From: Neophaeotheca triangularis
Taxonomy: Eukaryota
Direction of reading: 5' to 3'
Assembly (NCBI GenBank): GCA_054600435.1
Contig: BAAIJX010000004.1
Span: 744,001 to 808,000, forward strand
Length of the DNA stretch: 64,000 nt
The notes under the pieces: model-generated
Databases searched by the model: none
What the model saw: only the letters and a program-made list of their open reading frames with translations
What the model was told of the DNA's origin: nothing
In this document: one piece after another, positions 48,195-59,844 of the stretch
How positions within the stretch are numbered: the first letter of the stretch is position 1
Layout of the letters: each line of letters opens with the position of its first letter
Made by a program: the position numbers and the translations under genes

Positions 48195-50224
48195 ATGCCT
48201 CGCGAACGCTTCTCCCCCACCGACATGTTCGACTGCTCAGGGTAAGGCCCGCTCCCATGACCACGACCATAACGCCCACCATCACCACCACCACCATCAA
48301 CCCCTATCAAGTCAGCCATGCTAATCCCCTTCTCAGACTCTTCACAAAACTCGACCGCTGGCGTCACAGCTTCCACCATGAGTCTCAAGGATTGCTTCCG
48401 CGCAACACCGACGAGCTGGCTTCTCCAGCCTTCCCAGCCCGAGAAGTCACCATGATAGCTCTCCGCCTCAAATACCAGCTGGAAACCATTATTCCCTGCG
48501 AGATTGAACCCGATCGCGTCACCAAATCCCACAGCGATGTCATCACCAACCAAGTCATTAAGACTGCCAAATCCGCCGGCAAGCTGGGTGGCGAATCCGA
48601 TGACTACTCGGCATGCGTCGTCTTTTGCCTGCTCATCTGCAAGTCGTGGTTTCTGCGCCAGTCAGACCTCGAGCTATGGGACGCCGACTTGCACAAAGTC
48701 CGTGCCACCGCCTGCGAAGTGATTGCTAAAATCATCATCGAGGACGAAGAGGACCACCATTACCTGATGCAAGAAGTCTTGCTCAAACGCTACAGCATCA
48801 TCGTCAACGAACGACCTACCGTCCCCGCAAACACCGTCGAAAAAGCCGTCGACATGCACGCCCTCCGAGTGATAGGTTCCTCGGGCTATCAAAAGTGCGT
48901 CTCATACCTCTGGCGCGGCTGGCTGGTCCAGGACTTTGCAGATCCATCACGCTTTGTCGAATACAAGGACAAGACGAATACAGACTACTGGAAGCACTTC
49001 GCGCCCGATCGCATGCGTGTACCAATGTATCAGAACGGTCTGCAAATGTTCATGTCCTTTGTCTTCCTCGGCCTCTACACCGGCGCCATCAACACCATCA
49101 ACCCATCCGGCGATCTTGATCCTGTGGAAGCTCTCCTCTACCTCTTCACCCTAGGCTTCATCTGCGACGAAGGCTCCAAATTCTGGAAAGTCGGCCGGTA
49201 CTACATTTCTTTCTGGAACATCTTCAACTGCACCCTCTACACCCTTCTCACCGTCTCCTTCATAACACGAATGGTGGCCCTCAGCCACAACATGAACTCG
49301 CACCGCCGCGAAGAAATGAATGAATTCTCCTACAATTTCCTCGCCTTCACCGCGCCCATGTTCTGGATGCGCCTCCTTCTCTACCTCGACGGGTACCGCT
49401 TTTTCGGCGCCATGCTCGTCGTCCTCAAAGTCATGATGAAAGAAAGCATCATCTTCTTCGCCCTCCTCATCTGCGTGCTCATCGGCTTCCTCCAAGCCTT
49501 CGTCGGCATGGACCAAGTCGACCACAAACTCGACAGCACCAAATTCATCGTCAAAGAAATGATCAACGCCATCCTTGGTTCGCCCGAGTTCTCCGGCTGG
49601 TCGCGCTTCGCCCCACCCTTTGGTTTGATTCTCTACTACATCTACAACTTCATCATTACCGTCATCCTCCTCAACGTTCTCATCGCCCTTTACAACTCCG
49701 CTTACGAGGACATCACCGTCAATGCCGTCGACGAATACATGGCCCTCTTCAGCCAAAAAACCATGCAATTCGTTCGCGCCCCCGACGAAAACGTCTATAT
49801 TGCCCCTTTCAACTTGATCGAACTCTTCTGCGTTTCCTTGCCTTTCGAATGGTGGCTTTCCAAACCCTCTTACGAACGTCTCAACGACTACGTCATGGGA
49901 ACCATTTACTCGCCCCTCCTCCTCATCACCGCGGCGCTGGAAACGAGGACTGCAAAGACTGTCCGTAGGAACCGCAGACGCGGCGAGGAGGATGACGATA
50001 CTATTGAGGAGTGGGAGCAGCTGGCCGGCGCGCTTGATCTAGAGGGCAGTGGCTGGGGTAAGCGGGTCGAGGAGAGCAAGCCGGCGGTTTTTGAGGATGC
50101 GACGCTTGTGGAAGTCAAGGCGTTACGGGCCGAGTTGAAGGCGTTGAAGGAGATTGTTGAGAATGCTGAGGCAGTCGCGCGGGAGGGGTCAAAGGGGGTG
50201 GACGAGGAGGGAGAGGGCAAGTAG
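48195..50224 (+). CDS. YVC1: Vacuolar TRP cation/Ca2+ channel
   Basis: Exon 48195-48241, intron to 48336, then the long ORF. RMRVPMYQN, six or more TM segments, LLNVLIALYNSAY, FVRAPDENVYIAPFNLIE. Confidence 0.92.
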
Positions 50225-51398
50225 GTTGATTGTGTGGGTGGAAGACCTGTGCGAATTACTTCTGGGTGGGCTATTGGGATCTTACCCTTCGGCTCCTGCT
50301 GGATCGATCTAGTCGCTGTGTATGCCTACCTTTATCTTCTAACTTCTTCGGGTACTGATGTTGAAGAATTGCATATAGTCGAGACCGTCGTTTGGTTTGG
50401 CTTTTTCTTTTCAGTGTCAGGGTTGGGGTTGTTGCAGTGCTATCTTCACTCCACACTTTACTTTCGAGCAGCAAGAAAGACGCCACTAAGCTCCTTCAGT
50501 TACTGTCACATGTCTGATTTCGAAAGAGTGTGACTCCAGCAGGGAGTTCTCGGTGTCCTGAACCATCAATATTCTCGTCTATTAGCGAGGGTGTACCGTC
50601 CTAGGAGATTTTCATGCGAGCGACGGATTTCGTCGACACGTAGCCTTAGCTGACCCACTCATTTGAGGAACCTGGACTGAAGGGGGTTCTGACAACAGCA
50701 TACACGATTTCCGGTCATCGCTAGCCTTACCTGGAAGCTACCGACATTACTGTCGACCCATTTGCGACCGAACATCGCTCCCATGGTCTTTAGCATAGCA
50801 GCATGTACCGGCCGCACCGTCGGAGGCGCCATGTCATCACGCTTAGAACGACCTCTTAGCTATCCATCAAATCTACAGCTGGCTGGTTCTAACGCCGCAT
50901 TACGCTTCAATCAACCGCCGTCTCGCTTCAGTGCCTATAGGCTGCCTCCTCCTAGTCCCGCCGGAAACACGACTAGACGATCATGTATCCATTTTCAAGA
51001 GCGGCAAAACTATTAGCTACATTCTCCGACGGCGGGACCAACGAACCGGCAGTGTACGAGTCTATTAGTTATACCTATGTATATGGCTGTCTCGGAATCG
51101 CGCTTCAACATTTCCCGCAGGGCTAGCATGGAGCTATAGAAAAGACATATATCGTTCAAGATGATACGAGGGATCAAGCCAGCGAGTATAGACATCGCAC
51201 TTACCTATCCCAAAGGCTTAGAGATGAGCTCGAGACCCAAACGCAAAGCCAAGCACGTTAGGATGGGCAGGCCGTAGGAACAGGATGTCGCGCGAAAGTT
51301 TTCGTCGAAGTAAGTACAGCTAGGTAGCCGTCTCCTTGATCCGACACTTGCATGATTTTTCTTCTGTTTCACTACGAGAGCCGCACTTCGCTAGTATT

Positions 51399-52028
51399 AT
51401 TATCAGATCCAGCTCACCCGAGTAGAAATAGTGGGGTATTAGGGTTTCAAGAGTTGGGTCGAGTCTCTTGACTCGTAGGGCTCGATTGACCTAGAGCTAC
51501 ATAGCTACGATTATTAGATCCCGACTATAGCGGCCTGACTAGTGACCCTCCCCCCCCCCTTGTCTTAAAGAAGAGAAATTGCCTAAGAGAGAGAGTGATA
51601 TGTAGGGTCGTAGGGCTAGACTAAAGAGAGTCGGCTGTTACCGGAGGTAGATCGAACGACGCAAACGACGACCCGTATGAATGAATAGGGCATACGTTAG
51701 GGCAAAAGGGACAAGACTGTAGTAGATACGGAGTGTGAGCACTTTTACCTTGACGGTACTTCTTACTACACAAGACAGATAGGACTATTTCTCTTAGTCT
51801 GAGGAACGTAGACGTGTATTTCCGAATGGGATCATGTCTTAAGTGAATATTAATCAAACCGCATATCGATAGAGTAAGAAGACTATCAAGTAGCCCCTGA
51901 TCGTGTTCGAAGTCTGAAGATGCTTTATGTACGGAATGGAATCCGCGGCGTTAGGTAGTTGAGATTATCAGATCCAGAGCCGAAAAGTGGAGTGCTTGGC
52001 GCTGTAGGGCTGAAAATTATCAGATCCA
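51399..52028. promoter_or_regulatory. SreA/Sre1-type iron-repression GATA sites
   Basis: Identical 13-mer ATTATCAGATCCA at 51399, 51964 and 52016; its reverse complement contains ATCTGATAA, matching the ATCWGATAA consensus. A degenerate copy lies at 51510. Confidence 0.75.
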
Positions 52029-52569
52029 ATCAGGTGTACATAAAAGCGGACAGCCCCTGGTCTTGACTCTCTCTCAAGGCTAGACGAAGCATTGGTTGAG
52101 AGTGTGAATGTACCCAACACACCCGTCAAGCCGCTCATAACGACATGGTTGCCGTGATGAGCGGGCTTGGCACCGACCTCGAACCTAACCCTACGCACCT
52201 GAAAGCCTGCGCAAGCTCGCATCAGTCTCCTGTCAAGCAAACCGCCAAGTCGCTAATACTGTTGTAGCGTCCGAGACATGCGTCTTGTCCAACTGACCGC
52301 ACGAGGAAGATGAAGGTCGGGCATACTTGGAAGACCCGCAACGGAATGCAGGCCTGCTTTGCTGTTGGCTAATAGTAAATGGACAGAGAAGGGGAGTGTC
52401 CACGAAAGAAAAGACGAAGCGCTCAGCCTCCGAGGTTCGGAGGGATCCTACCTCACAGTCATATATGAACCATCCCTCTGGTCTCACTGGAGCTCTTTCG
52501 CTCATATCCCTATCAACATTCGGTGACGCACTTTCCCATTGACCAGATCCTGTTCGCCATTTCTCCAGC

Positions 52570-54413
52570 ATGGGATCGGAAACCAACGACGACAATCACG
52601 GCCGCAATGGCTCTTTTGGCACGGGGAAGCCTCAACCGGTGGTACAAGACAAAGTCGCAGTCAATGTCAAGGACGATGAAACGTCTTCCCAAGACCAGCC
52701 ATCCGCAGACAGCGAGAAGCAGAACGCTTGGACCGCGGCTGGCATCAACGTCGAAGAGGCCGAGCATGCGTTGCCCATGAAGAAGATGATTCTCGCCTTC
52801 TCCATGCAAGTCCTCCACTCTCGAAGGCACCTCTCTTCTGCTTGAAATGCTGAACTGACCGTTTTGATACCAGGATCGTCATCATGGAGTTCGCCTACGA
52901 GATGTCTTCCGGCATCTTCAAAACTCTCACCCCTTACGTCACTAGCGATTTTGACAAGCATTCTCTGACGGCGACGACCTCGGTCGTATCCAATCTCGTC
53001 AGCGCCGTCGTATCACTGCCCTACGCCAAATTGGTCGAGATCTGGGGTCGTACGCAAGGTTTCGCTCTCATGGTGGCTTCGTTGATCCTCGGCGTTGCCA
53101 TGATGGCCGGCTGCAACAACGTCGAGACATACTGCGCCGCTCAAGTCTTCTACAGCGTCGGCTACTACGGAATCAAGTTCAGCGTCGTCTTGTTCGTCGC
53201 CGATGTGACGGCGCTGAGGAACCGCGCTTTCCTTATCGGACTCGTCGGCGCGCCGAATATTGCTGTCATCTGGGCTTACGGTCCAGCTGCTGAAAGCATT
53301 CTCGAGACGATTGGATGGAGATGGGGCTTCGGAATGTGGTGCATCATCTTCGTCGTCGTTTTTGCTCCCCTGCTTCTGATTTTCCGGACGACACAGAGAA
53401 ATCTTTTGCCGAGCAAACAGCGCGAAAAGGTCCATCGCACCTGGATACAGTCCTTCGTCCACTGGTGTATGGAATTCGACCTTATTGGTATTGTCATTCT
53501 GGCAGCCGGACTAGGCATGTTGCTCCTTGCTCTGGACATCCACGGTTACCAGCCCGATGGTTGGGCATCACCTACCATCATTTGCCTCATTGTCTTCGGT
53601 GCCCTTCTGATCCCAGGGTTCGCTCTCTACGAGAAATACCTCGCGACCTCGACCTTCATCCCATGGCAATACTTGACCAACAGAACCGTCGTCACCACCA
53701 ACATCATGATCCTTTGCTTGCAAGTCGGCATGATGATGTCCAGCGCCTACTTCTACTCCTTCCTCATCGTCGTCTTCCGTCTCTCCGTGACAAACGCAAC
53801 CTACATCACAAACATCTACTACCTCGGCAACACCATCATGAACCTCTTCATTGGCGTGACACTTCGGTACTTGGGACGAATCAAATACTACGCCCTGTGC
53901 ATCGCCATTCCCTGCGCCTTGATCGGCTGCGGGCTCATGATCAAGTTCCGCACCCCAGACAGCGAGATCGGGCTGGTCATCCTATCCCAGATCCTCATCG
54001 CCTTCGCCGGCGGCATCATGTTCCCGATCGAGCAAATGACGCTCATGGCCGTCGCGCCGCACGAACACGTCTCGGCACTCCTAGCCGTGGAATCAGTCTT
54101 CGCACTCACGGGCAAAGCCATCGGCTACGCCATCTCGGGCGCCATCTGGACGGGCATGTTCGAGTCGAAACTCGCCGCCTACCTTCCCGAGTCGGAACTG
54201 CCCAACCTGGCCGACATCTACGGCAGCATCAACGTCCAGAGCGCGTACCCGGCCGACAGCGAGGGTTTCGCCGCTATCGCCCACGCTTACGGAGACACCC
54301 AACGCATCATCTTGATCGTGTCGACGTGCTTCTTCGCCGCGTGCGGTGTTCTTATCGCTTTCTGGCAGGATATTGATGTCAAGAAGATGAAGCATCTGAG
54401 GGATAGGGCGTGA
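52570..54413 (+). CDS. Siderophore-iron transporter (SIT/ARN/MirB-like MFS)
   Basis: Exons 52570-52805 and 52874-54413 (GC-AG intron). PYVTSDFDKHSLT, WGRTQGF, NVETYCAAQVFY, AISGAIWT, AYGDTQR. Confidence 0.9.
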
Positions 54414-55088
54414 TTGTTCGTCCCCACTGACGAATGTGGCCGTCGAGGGATATAGACTCGAGGAATCGATCGAATGATGTCCATGATTAGAGCAATAGAG
54501 CATTGGCCGAAGTCGGGTAGTATACGTAGCATCGCCCTTCGCAGTAGGGGTATGAGGATATAAGACAGTTTTATTCACAATTGTCAAGGGCATCGACCAG
54601 GGTACTCGTCGTCAACAAGAAGCTTTCTCGGCAGCCCTTCTCGACGATTCGATCTGCTGAGTCCGCTGCGTACCTGAGAAGCGCCTCTTACGGCCTGACT
54701 TCTTCCGGTATGGCGTGGCGGAGCTGGCATTGTATGCCGGCTTGTTTCACACCAGGCTCCAGGTCCAGCAGTGGAATTGCAAGGCATCGTTTCAAACGAC
54801 TTCCATCTTCAACAGCCGGCTTTTCTAGTCTTGAGGATTCGGAGGCGCAACGGGATGCATTTTCAAGTATCGGCGCAGTCGTAGTTCTAGCGGGTATGTG
54901 TGTAATTGTCGACGCAATCGGAACATGCGAGACTATACACAGCCGAACGTGGTAATGAGCTGGTGTATGAGGTTGTGTCTTTGTGTCTTCTACACGACCT
55001 CGATTCCGTGCGCCGAAGCCTTCTCGCGTCTCCCCGTCAAACCATATCGGGCGCGTAATCGCGTACATGGCCCTCACCATTCGTTTCC

Positions 55089-56240
55089 TCAGGCACCCCA
55101 ACTCTGCCCTCCACCCCGCTTCTCCGCCGCCTGAGCCTTCAACTCCAGATCCCTCTCCCTCCCCAACGCCAACAATCGTCTAGTCTCATCCCTGACAAGC
55201 CCCACCTCCCCCTGCCTATCCCCAAGCTCACCCTGCCACCCCTCCACCCCTCCCAAAAATCTATAAACAACCCTCGAATCCCGCCCAACACACCTCTCGT
55301 CCCCCTCGGCCTCCCTGTAAACCTTCAACCCCTTCTCTCCAACCCCACTCAGACCCACCCCCGCCGTCGTCGCGCTTTCAACCGCCAGCCCAACATCCTT
55401 GGCCATCAAATTCAACCGAAAACCTCCCTCATAATCCCTCGAACTCGGCGCTTTCGGACACAACCCTGGGACCGGGTTCCAGTCATCACAAATAGCCGAC
55501 TGGGCAGTGGAAGTATGAAAGACGTTTGCGAGAACGCGAGGGTCCATGCCAAAGTGCATGCCGAGTTTGAAAGCGTCGCAAGTGGCGAGGGTGATTACAG
55601 AGGAGGTGTAGTTGTTGGCGAGTTTGGCTATTAGGCCGAGCGAGGGGCCGCCGCAGGGGATGATGTTGCTGCCCATGTGCGAAAACAGGGGGTGGAGGGC
55701 TGTGGTGAATTGCGGGCTGTCGGCGGCGAGGCCGAGCATGAAAGTAAGAGTGCCTGCGGTCGCTCCTAGAACGCCGCCGGAGACGGGGCAGTCGGTGAAG
55801 AAGACGGTTGGGTGAGTTGAGAGGAGGGAGGAGCGGATCTCGAGCGAGGTTTGAGGAGATATGGTGCTGCAGTCAACGAGCATTTTGTTGTGTAGGGAGG
55901 GGCTCTGGATGATGCCGGTTGTGGGGTCCAGGTATACGGCGAGGGCGTGCGAGCTTTCTGGGACCATGGTGAGGGTTATATCCTGTGGGTATCGAGTTAG
56001 TGGTTGGTGGTGGAAGTTTGGTAGGTCTGCTGCTAGGTTGCTCACAGACTTGTCGGCCACGTCTTTCGAGCTGGCGCAGGCGTAGACCCGGCTTGGATCT
56101 TCTAGGACGAAATTGTCGACAGATTCTTGTGAGACGTCGTGGACGTGGAATTGCGTAGAGGGATCGAGTTTCTTGAGGAGATTCATGGCCATGGGAAAGC
56201 CCATTGTTCCGAGGCCTACCCAACCGATGTTGTTTGGCAT
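55089..56240 (-). CDS. 3-hydroxyisobutyrate dehydrogenase family (beta-hydroxyacid dehydrogenase)
   Basis: IGWVGLGTMG, DCSTI, DCPVSGG..GA..GTLTFM, catalytic AKLANN, GGFRLNLMAKD. In-frame 63-nt intron at 55983-56045. The start could instead be 56249. Confidence 0.88.
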   Translation of the reverse strand: MPNNIGWVGLGTMGFPMAMNLLKKLDPSTQFHVHDVSQESVDNFVLEDPSRVYACASSKDVADKSVSNLAADLPNFHHQPLTRYPQDITLTMVPESSHALAVYLDPTTGIIQSPSLHNKMLVDCSTISPQTSLEIRSSLLSTHPTVFFTDCPVSGGVLGATAGTLTFMLGLAADSPQFTTALHPLFSHMGSNIIPCGGPSLGLIAKLANNYTSSVITLATCDAFKLGMHFGMDPRVLANVFHTSTAQSAICDDWNPVPGLCPKAPSSRDYEGGFRLNLMAKDVGLAVESATTAGVGLSGVGEKGLKVYREAEGDERCVGRDSRVVYRFLGGVEGWQGELGDRQGEVGLVRDETRRLLALGRERDLELKAQAAEKRGGGQSWGA

Positions 56241-56518
56241 TTCTATCATTTCTGCGACGAAAAGACTCGCAGTGGCAAAAAGGATTTCTTGGCCTGGGAA
56301 AGACGACCTGAGAGTGCCGATAGTGGACATAACATGTGCATTTCTCGATGTGGCCCCGCGAAACCGTGATGATGATGTTGTGAGGGGTCGCGGGGTAGAC
56401 ATCTGCAGATCCCACGTTCGTCAAGCCGAATCATCAACGCGTTTTCCAGGTCGCGTCATGTTTTCATCCTCGTCCAAACAATGCACCAAGCCTTCCATCT
56501 CCCCCCCCTATCAAGTCA

Positions 56519-59116
56519 TCATTCCCCTGTTCGCTCCACTTCTTCCGACCCAGCCTCCCCCATCTCAACATCCCCTCCCACCCTACCATCGGCCCCCTCA
56601 CTTCCACCCCTACCCCTTGACCCACCACTACCCCCAATCCCGTCTTCCTTAAACCTAGTACTCCCCCTCGGCGTCTCAAGCGCTCTAACAACCGCCTCCC
56701 CCTCCTCAGGACTAAGCACGCTGTCCAGAATCGCATGCGCAGCCTCTACGACCTCATCCTCAATACCCAGCTCAAAGAGCAGCGGCTCTCTGAAAGCGAG
56801 TCGAGTGAAACTAACGAGGAACTTATGGTAGCCGCCACGGACGGAAGAAAGCTTGAGGGGAAGGTTCGGGGGCTCGGAGTCTGTTTGGGTAGTTTGGGAG
56901 CCGGGCGGGTTGAGGAGATGATGTAGGAGGGCAGTGGTGGTGGATATTGTTCTTGTCAGGAGAGTGTGGAGGTCTTGGGGGTTTTCTTGTTGTTGTTGGG
57001 GGGACTCGTTGGGGATGTGTAGGCGTGGTGGCGCGGTGTATAGTTGATTTAGTTGTTCGTGGAGGAAGCGGATCAGGCGCCCAATGGCTGTGCGGTGGTG
57101 GGCGAGGAGATGGCTGCCGTGGTCTTGTTGGCACATGCGTCGCATCGTTTGTAAGATCTCAAGGCGGAGTTCGGTGAGTTCTTCAGGGCTGTAGGGGTCT
57201 TCGTTGGAGGGGACGATGGGCTTTTCGAACAGGAGGCTGGTTAGTCTGCCAATGGTGTCGCGTTCTTGCTGCGTTTGTTTCTCAGGGTCGGGACTGATTG
57301 CCCCGAAGCTGCCTGGTAGAGCGGAGGTGGAGAGCATCTGCAAGCTGGTGATGATTTGGCAGATGGGCTGCGCTTTGTTTAGCATCATTAAAGAGAAGGT
57401 GAACTCGGTATATCGCCAAAAGGTGTCGATACGTTGGGTAGACAGACTGGCGCACTCAGCGAGGTGGTGTAGGAAAGCTAGGATCTCGTCGACATCTATT
57501 TGTGAAGCGATCTCCTCGAATGTCTTGCTATCAGTCTTGGGCATGGACGCTAAGCTCACAGCGTAGCGGGCGATGGGGACAGCGATAAGGTCAATCGACT
57601 TGCAGCACACAGGTATCGCCTCTTCGATAAGATTCGCGCGGTGAGAAGGCAACTCTCGGTCGAGAACGAATCGAATAAGCGTCAAGAGGCGAGCGACTGG
57701 AGCATAGTACTTTTCTGCAAGACAGCGAGACCAAAGAGTGAGTAGACTGCGAGCGAAGTGTATTGCCATGGTCTCGAATTCTGTAGTTAGACCGGGGGAC
57801 ATCAGTGTATCCAGCATCATTGAAGAGAGAGGCGTATCAGGTTGGGAAGGATATCTGAGAATCAGACAGGACTCGACGGTCCTCTTGTCTTGCCCTGGTA
57901 TGCGATGCGCCAGCACGAATTGAACGAACTCATATCTCTCGTCTCTTTTCTCCCTGATTGAGAACGGGGTTGCATCGACAATTGGTAGTGCCACTTCGCT
58001 ACTGTCGTGTCTAATGTGCGGAGGCGGTTGGGTAAAGGACAAAGCAGCCACAGGACTATCCTGAGCCGAGCGCTTCCGCTTCGCGCCGTGCTTGGGTGTT
58101 GCATCCTTACTTTTCTCCTTGCTCCTACTAGGACTCGGCGCCGGTCTTGCCAGCTCATCGTCGGCAAAGCCATCACCGACGGCCTTGCGTTTGTTCCTCT
58201 TGGGCGTCGAAGTACCATTGGCTATTGCAGACCTCGCTTTGCTAGGACCACTCACCCTCTTGGCACGATCCGCTTCCTGCGCAAGATCATGCTGCAGGAA
58301 TTGGTTGTCTGTCTGCATCTTCTGCCGCTCCTTCTTAGTCGCCTCAATCTCAGCCTTTTGTTTGGCGACCTCGTCGGCATGTAGCTTGTTCAGCACAGCG
58401 ATTCGACGCTCGTACTCTTTGTTTGCCTTTTCCTGGTTCGCTCGTACAATCTTTATCTCGCCTACTTTTGCTGATGCAGTGTTCTGCGCCTCTTCCACCG
58501 ACCGCTGAAGTCGTTGTCGCTCGTTTTCAAGTCCGATGATTTTGGCTTGCAGCGCCGCAGTGTCTCCTCCACCGCCGCCAGCTTGCGATAGTTTGTCCTG
58601 TAGATGGGGTGCGTGATTCCATGGCTGCTGGGCCGGCGCCCCAAGCTCTGCATCTGCTGCAGCATAGGCGGAGAGGGTCTCGTCGTCCGTTGGAGCTCGT
58701 GAGCCATGGCGAGAGGGGTTGGGTTGTCCATCTGTTGCGTTCTTTGAGACGGGCTGTCGTTGAGGCTGTGTCGAGGTAGCAGTGACCGCAAACGAGGTTT
58801 CGTCGAGGTCAATAACATCTTCATCGTCGAGGCCATAGTCAGACGAGGGGGCTTCTGGAGCGCTGGGTGGGGGTGCAAAAAGCGGCTGAATCGAGGAAGT
58901 CCTCCGTACTTGCGGCGGCTTCCATTGGGGGAGTTTGCTGCCTTGACTCGGTCGGTTCAGGGAAGATGCATTCTGCGGTCGTCGGGGGAGTTGGGCAGTG
59001 GGTAAAGGACGAGAGGGCTGTGGAGGCTTCGCACTCTGCGTGGCTCGGTATGCATTCTGCTCCAAAGCGTCGGCGAGCTGATCCAGGTCATCATCCGAGA
59101 AGAAATCTTCGTCCAT
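56519..59116 (-). CDS. DNA damage checkpoint protein Rad26/UvsD/ATRIP-like
   Basis: Acidic N-terminus (MDEDFFSDDDLD..LEQNA; SSDYG), coiled coil (KVGEIKIVRANQ...DNQFLQHDL), C-terminal AIGRLIRFL...LAFRE...VVEAAHAILD..LSPEEGEA. Confidence 0.8.
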   Translation of the reverse strand: MDEDFFSDDDLDQLADALEQNAYRATQSAKPPQPSRPLPTAQLPRRPQNASSLNRPSQGSKLPQWKPPQVRRTSSIQPLFAPPPSAPEAPSSDYGLDDEDVIDLDETSFAVTATSTQPQRQPVSKNATDGQPNPSRHGSRAPTDDETLSAYAAADAELGAPAQQPWNHAPHLQDKLSQAGGGGGDTAALQAKIIGLENERQRLQRSVEEAQNTASAKVGEIKIVRANQEKANKEYERRIAVLNKLHADEVAKQKAEIEATKKERQKMQTDNQFLQHDLAQEADRAKRVSGPSKARSAIANGTSTPKRNKRKAVGDGFADDELARPAPSPSRSKEKSKDATPKHGAKRKRSAQDSPVAALSFTQPPPHIRHDSSEVALPIVDATPFSIREKRDERYEFVQFVLAHRIPGQDKRTVESCLILRYPSQPDTPLSSMMLDTLMSPGLTTEFETMAIHFARSLLTLWSRCLAEKYYAPVARLLTLIRFVLDRELPSHRANLIEEAIPVCCKSIDLIAVPIARYAVSLASMPKTDSKTFEEIASQIDVDEILAFLHHLAECASLSTQRIDTFWRYTEFTFSLMMLNKAQPICQIITSLQMLSTSALPGSFGAISPDPEKQTQQERDTIGRLTSLLFEKPIVPSNEDPYSPEELTELRLEILQTMRRMCQQDHGSHLLAHHRTAIGRLIRFLHEQLNQLYTAPPRLHIPNESPQQQQENPQDLHTLLTRTISTTTALLHHLLNPPGSQTTQTDSEPPNLPLKLSSVRGGYHKFLVSFTRLAFREPLLFELGIEDEVVEAAHAILDSVLSPEEGEAVVRALETPRGSTRFKEDGIGGSGGSRGRGGSEGADGRVGGDVEMGEAGSEEVERTGE

Positions 59117-59119
59117 GGC

Positions 59120-59182
59120 GGTGAGGATGGTGAGGATGGTGAGGATGGTGAGGATGGTGAGGATGGTGAGGGTGGTGAGGGC
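59120..59182 (+). repeat. 9-bp tandem repeat (GGTGAGGAT) x7 directly upstream of the Rad26-like ATG
   Basis: Five perfect and two degenerate copies. Confidence 0.92.
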
Positions 59183-59844
59183 GTTTAGGGTGTTGCTGTT
59201 GCCGCTCCGGTTCACTCCCAGCCATGCCTCATGGCACGATAACTGTATAACAATTCCACCTACCTCCCTCTTCAAGTCACGGGGCTTAGGAAGCTACCTA
59301 GGTAGGTATCCATAAGGTATTGATCTAAGGAAGGTCAAAAGTCGCGTTGCACTTTCCATAACTCGGAACGCACGCGCTTTCACATGATTGCCAAGGCTAT
59401 ACATTGTGATACACTTTAACTTATGCATGCATGGAGTAAGCCAGTGGCCCAGCTTGTGCAAGTTTCAAGTGCCTTACCTAGTCCAGTCCCGTCAGCTTCG
59501 ATCCAGCTCTGCAGCATGACATAGAGCCAAAAGGGCGAGAAAGCAAGTGGACGACAACCAACCTTCCTTAACAAAACCACGACCTCAACCTCTACCCTCC
59601 CTACGCCATACCGCCGGGACAAACACTCCTTCTTACCTACCTACTCACCACCGCAAGCGATGACATAGCGGCACTCTCCTTTACGCCCACCCAGGCCTAC
59701 AGACACTCAACGACCCCCCTCTTCGTCAACGGCAGCCCCTCATTCTGGCTATCAGATAAAAAAGAATATCAGTGATCGCAGGAGTATCAAAGCTCTCCCC
59801 TAGGCCCCTGACGAGACCACTTTCTCCTCATCCAACCCGCAATC

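Noticed and set aside
51415..51480. tRNA-like element (CGAGT...GGGTCGAGTCTC...ACTCG)
   Set aside because: Only about 60 nt, with no anticodon arm and no canonical TTC loop.
36781..59116. Functional clustering of DNA-repair genes (PMS1, EAF7, Rad26) or ion-homeostasis genes (ENA, YVC1)
   Set aside because: Interspersed with unrelated housekeeping genes; no shared motif beyond short MCB-like words.
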